From: a virus
IMG/VR virus record: IMGVR_UViG_3300031372_000005
Coordinates: 15,545-79,544 of that record
Length of the DNA: 64,000 bases
Strand: one strand, 5' to 3'
Shown in pieces: positions 26,049 to 35,890 of this stretch (the first letter of the stretch is position 1; each line of letters begins with the position of its first letter). Under the pieces are notes generated by a model. It ran no database searches and had not been told where the DNA came from. It saw nothing but the letters and a program-made list of their open reading frames with translations. A program made the position numbers and the translations under genes.

Positions 26049-26380
26049 TGACTGATTATTATGTCTCACTTCCCTTATATGATGATGCTTTCTACTCTTA
26101 CGCTATATCCTTAGAAGGTAACTCTTATATTCTAGAGTTTACATATAATGAACGGTGTCAATTATACTTTCTCTCGCTCTTTACAGCAGATAAAGAACCA
26201 ATCCTCCTAGGTCATGCTTTAACGCCTAATTACCCCATGTTGAAAGATTATGCGCTTATAGATTTAAGTGGATTTTTTTGGATGGAAGAGAAAGCTGATA
26301 TTATTAGTGAACCTTATAAAGTTTATCCTGATAAGATTGATCAGTATTACAACTTATTTTATCTGTGGTCTGAGGATTAA
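26048..26380 (+). CDS. baseplate component
   Basis: ISLEGNSYILEFTYNER pattern; TAATG coupling. Confidence 0.6.
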   Translation: MTDYYVSLPLYDDAFYSYAISLEGNSYILEFTYNERCQLYFLSLFTADKEPILLGHALTPNYPMLKDYALIDLSGFFWMEEKADIISEPYKVYPDKIDQYYNLFYLWSED

Positions 26381-26382
26381 CA

Positions 26383-27270
26383 ATGGATGGATTTCAAAGA
26401 AACAGGGTTTACTCTTTAATCATAGGGGACTCTAAAACAACGGAAGCATTTGAAATCCACGATCTTCAAGTAACATTTGATATTAGTAAGAGTACGGATA
26501 ATAAGAAAAGAACGAACTCTGCTGCTATTGAAATCTACAATCTTGCACCCGAACACCTAAAGCTTCTTGATACAGACTATCCAGCCGCTGTTTTCTCAGC
26601 AGGCTATAAAGACACAGGGGGTGTCAAGAGATTGTTTTCAGGTCAAGTTAATCACATCACAACCCGTAAAAGTGGGACAGACCTTGTTACCCAATTACAG
26701 CTTGGTGATGGTTATGTTGAATTAAATCATCAAGTATTGTCTGAACTTGTTCCTCCTGGTAAGAATGTTAAGGCTGTAACGGATAGACTGATTAAAGCTA
26801 TCGGGGCAGATAGGGGCGTTTACAACGGCACTAATCTTAACAATGAGATTATCTATGGCTACCCCCTGTCAGGCACTCCTAAAGACATGCTTGATGAGGT
26901 GTGTGACAAGTATGATTGCAATTGGCAGCTTGACGATGGAACTCTGTATGTACACGATAATGATCGTGGCAACAGTGAGAAGTTTCAAGAAGCTTATGTA
27001 ATCTCAGCCTACACAGGATTGATCGAGAACGCTTATCGTGAAAGTGGTAATAGAAAACGTTCCAAGAAAGATAAAGCCAAAAAGCCTGGTATTCAATTTA
27101 AGATTCTATTGAACTCGGATATCAAGGCAGGTGACATTATCAAGCTTGAGGATACACTAATCACTGGCTGGTATAAAGTTGAATCTCTAAGACACACAGG
27201 CGGCTGGCGTTCTAGTGGCTGGTATACAGAAATCAAAGCTTCAGTTATTCAAAAGGTAGTTCAATCATGA
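26383..27270 (+). CDS. baseplate hub protein
   Basis: ISKSTDNKK...IEIYNL...LFSGQV...LGDG; position. Confidence 0.7.
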   Translation: MDGFQRNRVYSLIIGDSKTTEAFEIHDLQVTFDISKSTDNKKRTNSAAIEIYNLAPEHLKLLDTDYPAAVFSAGYKDTGGVKRLFSGQVNHITTRKSGTDLVTQLQLGDGYVELNHQVLSELVPPGKNVKAVTDRLIKAIGADRGVYNGTNLNNEIIYGYPLSGTPKDMLDEVCDKYDCNWQLDDGTLYVHDNDRGNSEKFQEAYVISAYTGLIENAYRESGNRKRSKKDKAKKPGIQFKILLNSDIKAGDIIKLEDTLITGWYKVESLRHTGGWRSSGWYTEIKASVIQKVVQS

Positions 27271-28004
27271 GTGTTGATGTAATTCAAGATGCTATGATGT
27301 CTGCTTTTGAATCCCAGATGGGTAATGTCTATACAGCAATGCCTTGTGTTGTAGTAGCTATTAGAGATAGCTTACAAGGTCAGATGGTGGATATACAGCC
27401 AAGCTTGAATCAGAAGTTTAAAGATGGCTCTGTCCAAGAGAGGCCTGTTATCTTAGGTGTTCCAGTGTCGTTCCAAGTATCAAAGACAGCAGGCTTCACG
27501 TTCCCCATAAATGTAGGCGATACAGGGACCGCTATTTTCTCCATGAGAAATATGGATACTTGGAAGTCTGGTAATGGTAGACCAACAAGCCCTGCCAATG
27601 CTGCAAAAATGGATAAGTCCGATGCTATATTTTTTCCAGGTATTCAGCCTCCAAGTGTTGCAGTAAATAATCCTGGCAAGCATATTCTTGCTCACAATAC
27701 ACAAGATACCGTAGTTTTTGCCAACCTTGGTGGCGCTGAGAGTGAGGTCAGACTAAAAGCTGATGGTAGTGTAGAGGTAAACACTTCTAATAAGCCTGTC
27801 ATAATCAATTGCTCAGATGCTACGGTTAATGCGTCAACATCAATTAATTTGAATTCCCCCACTATGACAGTGGATGTTGCTAACACACTCTGGATAGGCA
27901 ATATCAACCACACTGGTAACTATACAGGTGTTGGTGTGCAGACCTTCAACGGCGTTGTCTTCAGCACCCACCGCCACGGTACTTCCCCCCCTCCATCAAA
28001 TTAA
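27267..28004 (+). CDS. baseplate central spike (Gp138-like N-terminus)
   Basis: VDIQPSL...GVPV...FP...GD pattern; C-terminal THRH metal-binding motif. Confidence 0.8.
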   Translation: MSVDVIQDAMMSAFESQMGNVYTAMPCVVVAIRDSLQGQMVDIQPSLNQKFKDGSVQERPVILGVPVSFQVSKTAGFTFPINVGDTGTAIFSMRNMDTWKSGNGRPTSPANAAKMDKSDAIFFPGIQPPSVAVNNPGKHILAHNTQDTVVFANLGGAESEVRLKADGSVEVNTSNKPVIINCSDATVNASTSINLNSPTMTVDVANTLWIGNINHTGNYTGVGVQTFNGVVFSTHRHGTSPPPSN

Positions 28005-28012
28005 GGTTTTAT

Positions 28013-28384
28013 ATGGATTTCAAATTGGACTCAAAAGGGGATCTGATCTGGCGTAATGGTCCCCTTCTTAAATCTGATACCACTCAACCTTATACAGAGA
28101 ATGTAGCGCAAAGACTTTACATTAAGCTTCGTACATTCCAAGGTGAGTGGTTTATTGATACAACCTATGGTGTACCTTATTGGCAACGCATTCTTGGGAT
28201 CAAGCAGCGTGGTAAAGCGGCTATCGACCTTATTATGCAAACGGCTATTCTTGAAGAGGTTGGTGTTAAAGAGATTGTAAGCTTTAATTCAACTTTCAAT
28301 AACAGACAATATTCTTTGGAATTTCAAGTACGTGTTGTAGATGGAAGTATTACCAATCCAATCGTAGTTGACCCAATCTCTTAA
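28013..28384 (+). CDS. baseplate wedge subunit
   Basis: QRLYIKLRTFQGEWFIDTTYGVPYW motif. Confidence 0.7.
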   Translation: MDFKLDSKGDLIWRNGPLLKSDTTQPYTENVAQRLYIKLRTFQGEWFIDTTYGVPYWQRILGIKQRGKAAIDLIMQTAILEEVGVKEIVSFNSTFNNRQYSLEFQVRVVDGSITNPIVVDPIS

Positions 28385-28395
28385 AAGGAAATAAA

Positions 28396-29835
28396 ATGGC
28401 GGGTATTTCTGACCAAGGCTTTACAACAAAAAGAATGACGGAAATCCTGTCTGACCTTAGAGCAGAAGCTACAGCGCTCCTACAAGATCAAGTAAGTCCA
28501 GGAGATGTTGTAGATGTATCTGATAGTTCCGCTTTAGGTCGTCTTATTGCAATTGTAAGCCCTAGCATCACTGATCTTTGGGAAGCAGCTCAACAAAACT
28601 ATGCAGCGTTTGATCCTAATACTGCAACAGGTGTTGCTTTAGATAATCTGGTGGCCCTAGGCGGCATTATCAGGCAAGCACAGACCTTTGCTGTGGCTCA
28701 AGTTATCTTGACAGGGGATACGGGTACTACGGTTGTTCTAGGAGCCACAGTAGGCAGTTCTGTAAGCAGTTCTCAATGGACTTTAATTGCACCGGTAACA
28801 CTGAATTCTGTAGGTGTAAGCGGAGGTTCTTTTACTCCTTTGGTTGTTTCTAACAACACCGCCTATACTATCAGCTATCAAACCAATACTACAACCAATA
28901 CTATTACATATACATCAGGAACTAACGCTACTGCTACAAATATTGTTGCTGGGCTTTCTTCTGTGATTAGCTTAAGTCACCCGTCTTTTACATCAAACAT
29001 CAATGGAAATATTCTGACCATCTCAAGGGTTGACCCTTTTAGTACAGTTAATATTACTACATCATCAAATCTTGGTCAAACCAAATCGCAAAAAGTTGGA
29101 GAAGTTAGGTCTGTTAATGCAGGGCCTGTTAGCTCCGAAGTTAATACCATCACAAATATTTTAACTCCTCAACTTGGTTTTGATTCTGTGACCAACCCGC
29201 TGCCTGCATCAGGCGGTGTCGATATGGAGACTGATGAGGAGCTTCGTACAAGATTTCGTGAAACAAAATTTGAACGGGCTGCCTCAACAGTAGATAGTAT
29301 CTATTCAGCCCTGATTGATTTATCTACTGTTGAACAAGTTGTTGTTTATGAAAATGATACCAATGCAACAGATGACAAAGGAATTCCTGCCCACAGTTTT
29401 ATGCCGATTGTGCTAGGTGGTGTTTCTGAAGAAATTGCTCAAGCAATATGGGAAAACAAACCTGTAGGTATCAGAAGTTTTGGTGATACATCTGTTCTAA
29501 TTTATGATACACAAGGCTTTGCACACAATGTTGCATTCAAACGTCCAGAACCTGTTCCTATTTATATCACATTGAATTTGACCAAAGAAGATACTTATCC
29601 TGGTTCAGGTGATGATGATATCAGAAATGCTATTATTCAGTTCTTTGAGGACAATCAAGGTATTGGTGATGATGTGGTCTACAGCCGTCTCTATACGCCA
29701 ATCAATACAGTACCTGAACATTTTGTTAATAGTCTAAGAATAGGAACGTCCCCTAATCCAACAGGAATGACGAATATCCTCATTGATTTTGACCAGATTG
29801 CTACTATTTCAAGCGCAAATATTCTAATCAATTAA
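28396..29835 (+). CDS. baseplate J-like protein
   Basis: ATGVALDNL, GVDMETDEELRTRF and PAHSF motifs. Confidence 0.85.
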   Translation: MAGISDQGFTTKRMTEILSDLRAEATALLQDQVSPGDVVDVSDSSALGRLIAIVSPSITDLWEAAQQNYAAFDPNTATGVALDNLVALGGIIRQAQTFAVAQVILTGDTGTTVVLGATVGSSVSSSQWTLIAPVTLNSVGVSGGSFTPLVVSNNTAYTISYQTNTTTNTITYTSGTNATATNIVAGLSSVISLSHPSFTSNINGNILTISRVDPFSTVNITTSSNLGQTKSQKVGEVRSVNAGPVSSEVNTITNILTPQLGFDSVTNPLPASGGVDMETDEELRTRFRETKFERAASTVDSIYSALIDLSTVEQVVVYENDTNATDDKGIPAHSFMPIVLGGVSEEIAQAIWENKPVGIRSFGDTSVLIYDTQGFAHNVAFKRPEPVPIYITLNLTKEDTYPGSGDDDIRNAIIQFFEDNQGIGDDVVYSRLYTPINTVPEHFVNSLRIGTSPNPTGMTNILIDFDQIATISSANILIN

Positions 29836-29846
29836 GGAGTGAGAAT

Positions 29847-30632
29847 ATGGCTATCACACCTTTTTTTGAGGAGCAGTATTTAGAGGTTGCTCGGACCAGA
29901 GTAACAGAGCAATTTAAAGATAAGGTTATCTTTGATAAATATTTGCAACTTCTTTTAACTGCTCAAATTGAGATTCAGAAAACCTTCAAAGACCTTATGC
30001 AGCTTCGTTCGTTAGATACGGCTACAGGCGAACAGTTAAATATCATCGGTAGAATTGTTGGGCAAGATAGGGTTCTATTAAATTCTGATCTTTATAATTT
30101 CTTTGGATTTGAGGGTGCTCTAAAAGCAGGCTCAATGGGAACGCTATCTAATCCCGCTGTAGGCAGCATATTCTATTCTTTGGGTGAGCCATTAGGTGGA
30201 AACATTGAGCTTGATGATGAAACCTATAGACTTTTTATACGAGCAAAGATTCTTAAAAACACTACCGCATCTACTTCGGAAGAGTTTATCAGAAGTGTAA
30301 ATCTTATATTTGGTGATAGTAATGTTATCGCGATTGAGGATACTACCTCTGCAAATATAATGGTTTTGTTTAATAGACCTCTATCTGATTTTGAAAAAGG
30401 ACTTCTGCTTTATGTAGATTCTAGTGCTGGTTATCCATCAGGTCTTATTCCTAAGACTATCGGTGTAAATATAAGGTATGGAGAATACACACGAACGGAT
30501 ACACCGATAAGCTGGTCATTTACTTACAGTAATGACGGTTCATGGGCATACAATACCCCCTACAATTATAACCCAGTGCCTACATACGCTGATAAATTTG
30601 ATGAATCAAACATCGAAATTACTTTATACTAA
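29847..30632 (+). CDS. baseplate wedge protein (DUF2612-like)
   Basis: LDTATGEQLNIIGRIVG...FFGF...DDETYRLFIRAKILKN. Confidence 0.75.
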   Translation: MAITPFFEEQYLEVARTRVTEQFKDKVIFDKYLQLLLTAQIEIQKTFKDLMQLRSLDTATGEQLNIIGRIVGQDRVLLNSDLYNFFGFEGALKAGSMGTLSNPAVGSIFYSLGEPLGGNIELDDETYRLFIRAKILKNTTASTSEEFIRSVNLIFGDSNVIAIEDTTSANIMVLFNRPLSDFEKGLLLYVDSSAGYPSGLIPKTIGVNIRYGEYTRTDTPISWSFTYSNDGSWAYNTPYNYNPVPTYADKFDESNIEITLY

Positions 30633-30641
30633 AGGAAGTTT

Positions 30642-32597
30642 ATGGCTAACTTAACTGAGAGTCCTATTTATGAATCAGGGATTTTCCAACTAGAGAAACT
30701 TACCCCACCTCTTGGTGGTGCTCCAGTTATTGACAATGGCGTACCCAGCGCTGGTCATGCGAACGTTCAAGGGCTTCAACTTGCTAATCGTACAGCTTGG
30801 CTAAAAGATCAAGTTACCAGCCTTCAATCTCAAGCAACATTTGATCCAGCAGCAGGAAAAGTCCCAAAAGCTAGGGATACAGGTTATGTTGATTATACAT
30901 GGCTATCTCCTATAAATAATCAACGTCCAGAAGTTATTCTTTACAAAGCAACTTTGGTTCCGGATGCTGTTTATTTTAGGCAATTTGGCGCTATTGGTGA
31001 CGGTGCTAGTCATCCACTGTCAGAAAGATTTTCTACACTAACCGCAGCCCAAGCTGTGTACCCACACGCAACATCCTTATCTGATGAAACTGATTGGGCT
31101 GCCATACAACTTGCATGTAACAGCAATAGCAAAGTTTTATGGGGAGGAAGTGGGGTCTTCATTTCCAACAAAAAGATTTTAGTCAAGAATAAAGACAAAT
31201 CCATTTTTGGAGACGGTGAATCAGTATGTGAAATTCGGTTCACTGCGCAAGTAGACTTTGGTGTACGTTTTGAACAAAATGGTCCTTATGCCTCAAACTT
31301 TGCAGGTATCTTTGTTTCTACAAATCTTCTAAATACCGGTACAGGCCTTAGTGCAAGCTATGTTGGGTATACCGGAATCTATGACAGAAATAAAAGGTTC
31401 TTAAACTTCTCTAAAAACAGGGTATCCGGCACCGACTATTTTCAATTTGGTTGGGTGATTGGCGTACTTACAGATGAAGTTACTTTACCTATATTCTCAG
31501 AAAACTTTGTTGTAGGTAGACGTAATACAGCAGCAACCTCAAAAACACCTGCGATGTGGTGGCCTTGGACCCAATATGGTTACTATTACACTTCCAGTAC
31601 AAACTTAGAACCAACTGACGCAATCTATGAGTCATGTGATTGCCGCTATGCAGCCACAGCCTACTATAACAAAGGTACTCTTGAGGGTGTAAGGTACATA
31701 AAGTGTTTGGCAGTGGCTTGTGAGTGGGGTATCGATGATGACCGCCGCGCTGTATCTGGCGATAGTACAATCAACCCATGGCTGGGTGTCACGGAATGTC
31801 ACCTGAACTGTGCTGCTGGTGGTATCAGGTCTAGGTACGCATACCAAGGTTTTATTAGTGATAACTTGATTTATCAGTTTGATCAGGTCGATGAAGCATT
31901 TCTTGGTATTACGCTTGAAACAGGCAATAACTGGAAAGTTCATAGTAATCATATTACAATGGTTGCCACTAGCGCCTTTTCTACTGCCGGTATTAGGCTG
32001 CAACAAAACAATAAATCTTTCGTACATGACAATGATATGGAGTTTGGGGATTTTGGTGTAGTTATTTCTGGTACTAATGGCATTGTTGGTACGAGAGTTT
32101 ACGATAACCGTGCAACAGGGCGTGATGGTAAAGAGATACTTCAGGTAACCTATATAAATGGTGCTGATAAGTATTTGAACCCGTCTGCCATCCTTGGTGG
32201 GATAGTCTCTGAGAATGCCAATAGTGCTACTGTAGCTATTGCATCGGGGGGCGTAAATACCATTTCAACGTTCAGTTTGGATGATTACCCCGCAGGCTCT
32301 ATTTTTAAAATTTACTCTATCTGTCAAGTTACTAAAGGTGGAACTGCTGGCACTACAAAACTTTATGTTGAAAAAACAGCCGGAACTGCAAATGTTCTTT
32401 ATATGTTTAACTCTACAGGTCTTGGTGTGCAAAATGATTCCCATGTTGCTGGTACTAACTGGCAAGCTAATTTGGCAGGAATAATTAAAAAGACTAGTGC
32501 AGGAACATTATCCTTGAAGTTGGCCGTTTCAAGTGGGGGATCGAATGCCTCTGTGGCGGCAGGTGATGGTCAGTATGTACTTGAAAGGATATTATAA
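30642..32597 (+). CDS. tailspike with beta-helix (putative depolymerase)
   Basis: N-terminal attachment (QGLQLANRTAWLKDQ); QFGAIGDG...DWAAIQ pectin-lyase-like start; beta-rich repeats. Confidence 0.75.
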   Translation: MANLTESPIYESGIFQLEKLTPPLGGAPVIDNGVPSAGHANVQGLQLANRTAWLKDQVTSLQSQATFDPAAGKVPKARDTGYVDYTWLSPINNQRPEVILYKATLVPDAVYFRQFGAIGDGASHPLSERFSTLTAAQAVYPHATSLSDETDWAAIQLACNSNSKVLWGGSGVFISNKKILVKNKDKSIFGDGESVCEIRFTAQVDFGVRFEQNGPYASNFAGIFVSTNLLNTGTGLSASYVGYTGIYDRNKRFLNFSKNRVSGTDYFQFGWVIGVLTDEVTLPIFSENFVVGRRNTAATSKTPAMWWPWTQYGYYYTSSTNLEPTDAIYESCDCRYAATAYYNKGTLEGVRYIKCLAVACEWGIDDDRRAVSGDSTINPWLGVTECHLNCAAGGIRSRYAYQGFISDNLIYQFDQVDEAFLGITLETGNNWKVHSNHITMVATSAFSTAGIRLQQNNKSFVHDNDMEFGDFGVVISGTNGIVGTRVYDNRATGRDGKEILQVTYINGADKYLNPSAILGGIVSENANSATVAIASGGVNTISTFSLDDYPAGSIFKIYSICQVTKGGTAGTTKLYVEKTAGTANVLYMFNSTGLGVQNDSHVAGTNWQANLAGIIKKTSAGTLSLKLAVSSGGSNASVAAGDGQYVLERIL

Positions 32598-33628
32598 TGC
32601 CTAATATTTCCAAACCTAGTGATATTAATAATGTTTGGGCAGCTACGGGTGATATTGTAGCACCCTCTAGCGACTATGTTCAAAACGGGTGGGAAGCTAT
32701 TATTCCTCCCCGTGAGTATTTCAACTGGCTTGATAATCGCCAAGATCGATTCAATGCCCATGTAAACCAGCATGGTATTCCTGTGTGGGATGCTACCACA
32801 GAGTATCAAGCAAACCTGAGCTATACCAAGGGCAGTGATGGTCTTATTTACAAAGCTCTTAAAGTTAATTCTAACGTAGATCCAGTAAGCGATACAACAG
32901 GCGCCTGGATGTTATATGCGTCTAGAGGAGCTTTGCTACGTACTACCATTTATACCAGAAGTGGAAGCACACAGCTTGTTTCTGTAGATGGTAGTACGCC
33001 AGGAATTACAGGTGCTGGTACATTCACCCCACTACCTTATAGCCGAATCATGAGAGTAAAGGTGCAAGGTGCTGGTGGTGGTGGGGGCGGCAGTGCCACC
33101 ACTGATTCAGACACCTTGTCTGCGTCTGGTGGTGGTGGTGCAGGAGCCTATGGTGAAGGGTATTTTAACCCTGTACAAAGGACTGTCATTGTAGGTGGTG
33201 GTGGTGCTGGTGGTGCTGCTAACTCGTCGGCTTTTGCCGGAACAGGTGGGACAAGCTCTGTAACAGGCCTAATTTCAGCGCCCGGCGGTATTGGGGGCCA
33301 GTCACAACCATCTTCTGCAACAAGGGCTGGTGTATATGGCGGCACAAACAATAGCTCTCAGCCATCTGGAGCAAACCTTCTATCACAACGTGGAGGTGGT
33401 GGTGTGTATGGCCTTCAAATGGCTGGCCTTTCTCCAACACAAGTTGGTGGTAAAGGAGGTGCATCATACTTTGGCGAGGGTGCTCAAGGTCCGGATGTTA
33501 CTGGTCCAGGCCGTTTAGGTGCTAACTACGGTAGCGGTGGTAGTGGTGCAGCTTCTACGATAAACAGTGCTGGACAAATTGGTGGCGCTGGTGCAGCTGG
33601 TATTATAATCATTGAAGAATACGCATAA
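32597..33628 (+). CDS. tail fibre protein with Gly-rich C-terminal domain
   Basis: WAATGD...GW...PPREYFNWL N-terminus; GAGGGGGG...GAAGIIIIEEY C-terminus. Confidence 0.75.
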   Translation: MPNISKPSDINNVWAATGDIVAPSSDYVQNGWEAIIPPREYFNWLDNRQDRFNAHVNQHGIPVWDATTEYQANLSYTKGSDGLIYKALKVNSNVDPVSDTTGAWMLYASRGALLRTTIYTRSGSTQLVSVDGSTPGITGAGTFTPLPYSRIMRVKVQGAGGGGGGSATTDSDTLSASGGGGAGAYGEGYFNPVQRTVIVGGGGAGGAANSSAFAGTGGTSSVTGLISAPGGIGGQSQPSSATRAGVYGGTNNSSQPSGANLLSQRGGGGVYGLQMAGLSPTQVGGKGGASYFGEGAQGPDVTGPGRLGANYGSGGSGAASTINSAGQIGGAGAAGIIIIEEYA

Positions 33629-33672
33629 AACCAATAGGCACAAGGACGTGCTTTATCCACAGGAAATGAATT

Positions 33673-33789
33673 ATGAAAATATCCGAAAAAGGACTGTCCC
33701 TTATCAAGTCATTTGAGGGACTAGAACTTAAGGCTTATAAAGATTCTGTTGGTGTGATTACTATTGGTTTGACATCCCTCTTAATGTAG
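33673..33789 (+). pseudogene. truncated GH24 (T4/P21-type) lysozyme
   Basis: AGGA RBS; MKISEKGLSLIKSFEGLELKAYKDSVGVITIG with E15/D24/T30 spaced like T4 lysozyme E11/D20/T26; unrelated sequence and stop after codon 32. Confidence 0.85.
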
Positions 33790-33797
33790 TATAAAAT
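33769..33797 (+). promoter_or_regulatory. sigma70 promoter at the lysozyme breakpoint
   Basis: TTGACA-N17-TAAAAT beginning at the first base after lysozyme codon 32; ACCTCA/TGAGGT hairpin covers the downstream RBS. Confidence 0.8.
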
Positions 33798-33830
33798 AGT
33801 ACCTCATTAATTAAGCTGAGGTAATTATAA

Positions 33831-34391
33831 ATGTGCAAAGAATTTTTAGCAATACAGGATCCAACACGGAAAGCGAGTCTTATTCGTAGACTTGGAGAAA
33901 AAACTTTATTTAATCCGGTTAATGGTTGTTTAGAGTGGGTTGCTAAGGCTGTCAATAACGGGGGCTATGGCAACATCTCCGCTGGAAGATCTTTCGTGGG
34001 TATGCGTGCTCACCGCCTTGCTTGGGTTCTTTTGACAGAGAAGCCTATCCCGGAAGGTATTTATGTAATGCACTCTTGTGATAATCCTAAGTGTTGTAAT
34101 ATTGAGCATCTTTCTTTAGGCACCCCTAAAGACAATATGGACGATAAAATGTCTAAAGGTCGTGGTACACCTCCACCGAATTATACAGGTAACGACCACC
34201 CTCTAAGAAAGAATCCTGAACTTGCTAGTCGAGGTAGCTCCAACGGAAACTCAAAACTGACTGATGAGATAGTTAAAGAAATATTACTATCTGAAGATGG
34301 TTTGAGTGTACTAGCTAGTAAATATTTAGTTAATAAGGCCACTATTTCCAGCATTAGAAATAGAAAGACGTGGAAGCACGTGGAGGTTTAA
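33831..34391 (+). CDS. HNH homing endonuclease
   Basis: GCLEW...GYG...RAHRLAW...VMHSCDNPKCCNIEHLSLGTPKDNMDD; C-terminal SKLT...HTH. Confidence 0.9.
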   Translation: MCKEFLAIQDPTRKASLIRRLGEKTLFNPVNGCLEWVAKAVNNGGYGNISAGRSFVGMRAHRLAWVLLTEKPIPEGIYVMHSCDNPKCCNIEHLSLGTPKDNMDDKMSKGRGTPPPNYTGNDHPLRKNPELASRGSSNGNSKLTDEIVKEILLSEDGLSVLASKYLVNKATISSIRNRKTWKHVEV

Positions 34392-34970
34392 ATGTTAGAT
34401 TATTCAAAAGCTGCAAAGCTCTTGGGTGTGGAGGAGGCAGCCATTAAGGCTGTCGCTTCTGTTGAGAGTGCTGGTGATGGCCTGATAAAAGACGCTGGTG
34501 GTAATAGTGTACCAAAGATTCTTTTTGAACGCCACATCATGTTCAAACGTCTCCGTGATTTTACCCCATTCAAATCGGCAGATTTAATGGCTAAACATCC
34601 TGATATTGTGAATTCATCTCCCGGTGGGTACAAGGGTGGTATTGCTGAGTGGGGCAGACTGAATCAAGCTATTGCTATTGATAAGAAAACGGCTTTAGAA
34701 AGTGCATCTTATGGTGCGTTTCAAATTATGGGTTTTCATTGGCAGCTTCTCGGTTTTAAATCTATTCAAGAGATGGTAGACACTTCCTATACTGAGCAAG
34801 GTCAATTAGACCTATTTGTTTTATTTATCAAGGCAAACCCTAACCTTAAGAATGCATTGTTTCGTAAGGATTGGGCAAGCTTTGCTAAAGGGTATAATGG
34901 TTCAAACTACCATATTAATAAATATGACCTCAAGATGAAAGAAGCTTATGAACGATTCAGTAAAGGTTGA
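34392..34970 (+). CDS. endolysin, N-acetylmuramidase (DUF3380-like)
   Basis: AIKAVASVES...PKILFERHI...SASYGAFQIMGFHW...WASFAKGYNG. Confidence 0.88.
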   Translation: MLDYSKAAKLLGVEEAAIKAVASVESAGDGLIKDAGGNSVPKILFERHIMFKRLRDFTPFKSADLMAKHPDIVNSSPGGYKGGIAEWGRLNQAIAIDKKTALESASYGAFQIMGFHWQLLGFKSIQEMVDTSYTEQGQLDLFVLFIKANPNLKNALFRKDWASFAKGYNGSNYHINKYDLKMKEAYERFSKG

Positions 34971-35283
34971 AGAGCCCATTACACCCCTCACAAAAGAAAC
35001 ATCTGTTGAGGCCAATATAACCTCAACGCTCTCTCCTACACCTACTAAACTAAGTATTGTACCCAATTGGTCTAAAGTGATCCGAACCTACTCCTTTTGG
35101 ATTATGGTTGCATCTGCTTTGTTAAGTCTGGTTGAAGTTATTTTACCGTTCTTCTCACTCCTTGAACCCACCATGTCTGTTGCAGCGTATGGTGTAAGTA
35201 TGTTCCTACTCAACGTCTCTGCTGCTGTGTTCCGACTAATCAAACAACATAAGTTGTGGGTTCCAGAAGAGCCAAGAGAATGA
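34948..35283 (+). CDS. putative holin
   Basis: Two hydrophobic helices; VPNWSKVIRTYSFW and RLIKQ motifs; directly after endolysin. Confidence 0.6.
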   Translation: MNDSVKVEEPITPLTKETSVEANITSTLSPTPTKLSIVPNWSKVIRTYSFWIMVASALLSLVEVILPFFSLLEPTMSVAAYGVSMFLLNVSAAVFRLIKQHKLWVPEEPRE

Positions 35284-35720
35284 TATCTTTCCTTTCAAAC
35301 ATCTCTTGGACCTACTACTTGATTGCAGGGTTAGTACTAGCTCTTTTAGCTTCAGGTTATCTCTTGAGCAACAAGATTGAAGAAGTAGGCTCACTACAGG
35401 CTCAGAATAGCACTTTAACCGAGCAATTAGCCACATCAGAGGCTGATAAGGCACGTTTGAATGCTACCGTAGCTCTTAACGCTCAGACATCCTTAGAAGA
35501 CGCTACAGAGCGTGAAAAGCTTCGTTCTGAGGTTAGTGTCTTAAGCAAGCAAATCACGTCCCTAAAGCGTCTCACTAAGAGCACCCCTTCAGATGTTAAA
35601 TTCAACAATCAAAGCTCTGATGATATTTTTATCTCTGATGATCTTAAGCGCTTGCTCGACGCAGCCTACTGTAATTCAAAAGCCAGTTTATGTCCAGATA
35701 CCAAGCAATCTTCTAAGTGA
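35280..35720 (+). CDS. i-spanin (Rz-like) 1
   Basis: N-terminal TM helix, coiled coil, C-terminal YC..C. Confidence 0.7.
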   Translation: MISFLSNISWTYYLIAGLVLALLASGYLLSNKIEEVGSLQAQNSTLTEQLATSEADKARLNATVALNAQTSLEDATEREKLRSEVSVLSKQITSLKRLTKSTPSDVKFNNQSSDDIFISDDLKRLLDAAYCNSKASLCPDTKQSSK

Positions 35721-35877
35721 ACCTTGCCAAGCAATTGAGGCTGGTGAAACACTGTCAAGCTTGGCTCAAGGGTATGTCAGTAACACTGGATGTATTAGTG
35801 AGTATTCTATTAGGCTTAAGAAATTACGTGAGTGGGATATTGGTCAATCTGAGATTTATGGGTCTAGTCCTAAATAA
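35620..35877 (+). CDS. o-spanin (Rz1-like lipoprotein) 1
   Basis: Lipobox LSAC; Pro-rich; two further Cys; overlaps the i-spanin 3' end in another frame. Confidence 0.75.
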   Translation: MIFLSLMILSACSTQPTVIQKPVYVQIPSNLLSEPCQAIEAGETLSSLAQGYVSNTGCISEYSIRLKKLREWDIGQSEIYGSSPK

Positions 35878-35890
35878 AAGAGAGTTCTTT

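Noticed and set aside
33769-34391. Group I intron in the lysozyme gene
   Set aside because: No intron core and no downstream lysozyme exon; the following gene is a different enzyme family.
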